64,000 nt of DNA, taken from contig JAZNWN010000001.1 in assembly GCA_045593405.1 (NCBI GenBank), positions 22,926 to 86,925 of the forward strand, given 5' to 3'. The translations under genes and the position numbers were made by a program. The notes beneath the pieces are model-generated. The model did not search any database and had not been told where the DNA came from. It worked only from the letters and a program-made list of their open reading frames with translations. This DNA comes from Clostridia bacterium. Lineage in GTDB: Bacteria > Bacillota > Clostridia > TANB77 > CAG-508. Positions 60,867 to 64,000 of this stretch are shown here, in pieces (the stretch's first letter is position 1; each line of letters opens with the position of its first letter).

Positions 60867-61667
60867 ATGAAAAGTACAAAAATTATTGCGATTGCAAATC
60901 AAAAGGGTGGAGTTGGTAAAACAACAACTACACTCTCTATTGGAGTAGCCCTTGCAAAAGAGGGCAAAAAAGTATTGTTGATAGATGCAGATCCACAAGG
61001 AAATTTAACAACTTCTTTAGGATACTATCAACAAGAAGATATGCCAATAACATTGGCAGACTTAATGTATGCAGAAATTATGGATAAGGAAATAAAAATA
61101 CATGAAGCCATTTTGCATCATGAAGAAAAAATCGACCTTATTCCATCTGATATAAGTCTTTCTGCTATAGAATTATCATTAGGAAATGCTATGAGCAGAG
61201 AGTTTATATTAAGAAATTGTTTAAACAAGATAAAAGATGAGTATGATTATATTTTAATTGATTGTATGCCATCTTTAGGATTAATTCCTATAAATTGTTT
61301 AGCTTGTAGCAATGAAATAATTATTCCAGTTCAAAGTCAGTATTTAGCAATGAGAGGAATGACATATTTATTTGAAACTGTTTCAAAAGTTAAAAGGACA
61401 ATAAATCCAGATTTAAGAATTAAAGGGATTTTATTGACTTTAGTAGATAGAAGAGCAAATCTTTCAAAGAATGTCAGACAAGAATTGGAAAATAATTATG
61501 GTAAATATGTAAAAATATATGAAACTGAAATACCTTTAGCTATAAAAACTGCTGAAGCATCTATTAAAGGAAAAAGCATTTTCGAATATGATAAAAAAGG
61601 AACTGTTGCAAACGCTTATGAGAATTTAGTGGAGGAGGTTTTAGAAGATGAAAAACAAAGCATTTAA
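60867..61667 (+). CDS. ParA/Soj family partition ATPase (small type)
   Basis: Deviant Walker A KGGVGKTTTT, 266 aa. AGGAGG RBS. Confidence 0.9.
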   Translation: MKSTKIIAIANQKGGVGKTTTTLSIGVALAKEGKKVLLIDADPQGNLTTSLGYYQQEDMPITLADLMYAEIMDKEIKIHEAILHHEEKIDLIPSDISLSAIELSLGNAMSREFILRNCLNKIKDEYDYILIDCMPSLGLIPINCLACSNEIIIPVQSQYLAMRGMTYLFETVSKVKRTINPDLRIKGILLTLVDRRANLSKNVRQELENNYGKYVKIYETEIPLAIKTAEASIKGKSIFEYDKKGTVANAYENLVEEVLEDEKQSI

Positions 61668-62598
61668 GATGAACTTGCCTACATTAGATAGTTTATTTAC
61701 AACACAAGAAGAAAGAGACAATCCTAAAATATTACAAGTAACTGAACTTCCAATAAATATAATAAAAGATTTTCCGAATCATCCATTTAAAGTTGTAGAT
61801 GATGAATACATGGACGATATGGTCGAAAGCGTTAAAGTTAGTGGAGTAATAATGCCTGTAATAGTAAGAAAAGAAGTTGATGGCAGTTATTGTATGATAT
61901 CTGGACATAGAAGAAAACACGCAGCAACTAGAGCAGGATTAGAAAAAATCCCTAGTATAGTTATGAAATTAACAGATGATGAAGCGACACTTTTGATGGT
62001 AGATACAAATATAAATCAAAGGTTAAGTTTACTTGCATCAGAGAGAGCCTTTGCTTATAAAATGAAACTAGATGCAATAAAACATCAAGGAAAGAAAGTA
62101 GAAGAAACTTATCGCCCACTGGTCGAGAAGTTAGAAAAAATACTTTCAGCAGATCTTGTTGGCCAAGAGGTTGGTGCAAGTGCTAGAACTATTCAAAGAT
62201 ATGTAAGATTAACAGAGTTAATTCCTGAACTCTTGGAATTGGCTGATAAAGAAAAAGATGGAATGGCATTAAGACCAGCAGTTGAAATTTCTTATATTAG
62301 CAAAGAAAATCAAAAGTTAATATACGACAGTTTTAAATATAATGAAGCAACAGCTACTTTAAGTCAGGCTCAATTGTTAAGGAAATTAGATGAATCTAAC
62401 GAATTGACAATTGAAAAAATTGAAGAAATAATGCAACAGGAAAAACCAAATCAAAAAGAGCAGTTTAAAACTTCTTATGATAAAATTAGACACTATTTTC
62501 CTAAAAATTATTCAAATGAACAAATAGATAATAAAATTATGGAATTGTTAGAAATTTTTTATCAAGATTGGAAGCGAAAAGCAGCAAAAGTAAACTAA
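61648..62598 (+). CDS. ParB-like partition protein (ParB/Srx N-terminal domain)
   Basis: ISGHRRKHAATRAGL (GxRR box) and an HTH region. Overlaps the parA stop. Confidence 0.8.
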   Translation: MKNKAFKMNLPTLDSLFTTQEERDNPKILQVTELPINIIKDFPNHPFKVVDDEYMDDMVESVKVSGVIMPVIVRKEVDGSYCMISGHRRKHAATRAGLEKIPSIVMKLTDDEATLLMVDTNINQRLSLLASERAFAYKMKLDAIKHQGKKVEETYRPLVEKLEKILSADLVGQEVGASARTIQRYVRLTELIPELLELADKEKDGMALRPAVEISYISKENQKLIYDSFKYNEATATLSQAQLLRKLDESNELTIEKIEEIMQQEKPNQKEQFKTSYDKIRHYFPKNYSNEQIDNKIMELLEIFYQDWKRKAAKVN

Positions 62599-62699
62599 TT
62601 TATACATAATAGTCAAGTGTATAAATTATCAAAAATTTGTATATTTACACATTAATAAGCCCTTAGTGGCTTATTTTTTATGGAGGTGATTTATTATAT

Positions 62700-63440
62700 G
62701 TGAATGAAGAAAATAAACTAGGATATTATGCAATAATACCTTCTACTGTATTATTTAACAAAGATTTAAAAGCAAATGAAAAGCTTTTATATGCTGTTAT
62801 AACGGTATTAGCAAATAAAGAAGGATACTGTTATGCATCAAATAATTATTTAGCTGATTTATTTAATTCTAAACCACATACAATATCTAATTGGATATCA
62901 CATCTTAATAAATTAAATTTTGTATATGTAGAATTAGTAAGAAACAATAAAAATGAAATAATACAAAGAAGAATTTATATAAATGACATACCCTATGTTA
63001 CAAAAATAACATACCCCTATTCTATGAAAATGACAGAGGGCATGTCGCAAAAACGACAAGATAATAATATAAATAAAAAGATAGATAGATTTTTTATTTA
63101 TATTATAAAAAAAGAAAAGGAAAATCCTGAAAAAATGACAAAAGATGAAGATATAGGTTTTAAGGATTTGCTAGAAAAGTACGAGTTGAATTATACAGAA
63201 GAACTTATAAATATCTTTGCTGAAGAAAATATAGAGAAATTAAAAATTATAATCTATGCTTTAAAAGATATTTATATTAGCACAAGAAGAAGCCTTATTA
63301 CAAAGTTGACAAGAGATGAATTGATATTCATTTATGATAAATGTAGAACTAAAGAAAGTGAATATAGAAATACAACAAATGAAATCAATAATTTTTATGA
63401 ATATTATTACACAAGTTTGATTAAAAAGTTAGAAAGCTAA
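62700..63440 (+). CDS. HTH domain replication-initiator-like protein (plasmid/phage Rep N-terminal domain type)
   Basis: N-terminal winged-helix pattern YYAIIPSTVLFNKDLKANEKLLYAVITVLANKEGYCYASNNYLADLF typical of Firmicute plasmid/phage Rep or DnaD-like initiators. GTG start after a GGAGGTGA RBS. Confidence 0.5.
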   Translation: MNEENKLGYYAIIPSTVLFNKDLKANEKLLYAVITVLANKEGYCYASNNYLADLFNSKPHTISNWISHLNKLNFVYVELVRNNKNEIIQRRIYINDIPYVTKITYPYSMKMTEGMSQKRQDNNINKKIDRFFIYIIKKEKENPEKMTKDEDIGFKDLLEKYELNYTEELINIFAEENIEKLKIIIYALKDIYISTRRSLITKLTRDELIFIYDKCRTKESEYRNTTNEINNFYEYYYTSLIKKLES

Positions 63441-63476
63441 ATGTTTTTATTTTTTTATTCAAAGGACAGGAGGAAT

Positions 63477-63635
63477 ATGATACCGACTTATGATATAGAA
63501 AACTTAACAGGAGGACTAGATAGTGTATTTCAAAATGTTATGAGAATAGGTTTTACAGCTACTATAGTTCTTTTAACAATATGGATGTTATTAAGTCTAT
63601 TAATATGGTTATTTCGGAGCCAGGAAGAAATCTGA
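63477..63635 (+). CDS. small membrane protein (52 aa)
   Basis: GGAGGAAT RBS. Single TM (TATIVLLTIWMLLSLLIWLF). Confidence 0.45.
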   Translation: MIPTYDIENLTGGLDSVFQNVMRIGFTATIVLLTIWMLLSLLIWLFRSQEEI

Positions 63636-63796
63636 AAAAGCAATAAAGTTTGGGATAAGTAATTCAATAATAACTTTAATATTAATTATTATTATATTAG
63701 CAGTTCCAATACTGCTTAATATGTTTTAATTGAGATAAAGAAAAGTGTTCATACCATAACCAAAAACAATAAAAAAATCAAGGAGGGTTATGAGAT

Positions 63797-64000
63797 ATGC
63801 AAAAAAATAATTTAAAGAATATATTTTATAAAATAAAAAATAAAATTTGGATATTACCAACTACTTTAATGTTAATGCCAGCTAAAGTTTTTGCTGCAGG
63901 TGGAAGTATTAGTACAGCAGAGGTCAACCAAGCTACAGAAAATGTTAAAAATGCAATTATAAAACTTGCAATGCCAATAGGTGGAATATTAGTGTTTGTA
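63797..64000 (+). CDS. TrbC/VirB2-like conjugative pilin-like protein, 3-prime truncated at window edge
   Basis: Signal peptide ending AKVFAAGG, then a hydrophobic segment. AAGGAGGG RBS. Confidence 0.4.
   Translation, partial: MQKNNLKNIFYKIKNKIWILPTTLMLMPAKVFAAGGSISTAEVNQATENVKNAIIKLAMPIGGILVFV

Noticed and set aside
63636-63730. Hydrophobic frame (KAIKFGISNSIITLILIIIILAVPILLNMF) just after the 63477-63635 small ORF
   Set aside because: No in-frame start codon or RBS was identified. It could be a read-through or frameshift extension or simply AT-rich low complexity, and cannot be supported from sequence alone.

Overview
AT-rich (about 70% A+T) chromosomal window from a spore-forming, Clostridium-like Firmicute. 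Most of the roughly 60 genes sit on the + strand. Housekeeping content includes the MBOAT/DHHW pair, a minimal SufCB pair, cysS, the feoAB iron-transport cluster, ppdK, mgtE, PBP1A, archaeal-type proS, maf/rdgB, pta, gltX, queA/tgt, spoIIM and xerD. A sortase-B/NPQTG-substrate pair follows feoAB. Several ABC exporters are present, plus a GntR-controlled ABC operon. The last 10 kb looks like an integrated plasmid/ICE-like module. It has a tyrosine integrase, a divergent IMPDH with a GATase-less GMP synthase, three uncharacterised acidic proteins, a 1-kb AT-rich non-coding region with three iteron-like repeats, parA-parB, an HTH Rep-like gene and a VirB2-like pilin start. The main structural signal is a dense family of GC-rich palindromic interspersed elements (5-prime GTAGGGG, two stem-loops, CCCCTAC-3-prime). 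At least 15 copies lie directly after stop codons, some as pairs flanking an AT-rich spacer. They resemble REP/BIME elements, which are not well described in Clostridia. Two more dispersed repeat families were seen. Three genes (rdgB, an HExxH metallopeptidase-like gene, a DUF421 gene) each carry a single-base insertion frameshift. A GC-rich multi-hairpin RNA-like element sits upstream of rnhA. Several strongly-signalled small ORFs were missed by the ORF track. No CRISPR arrays, tRNA or rRNA genes were found.
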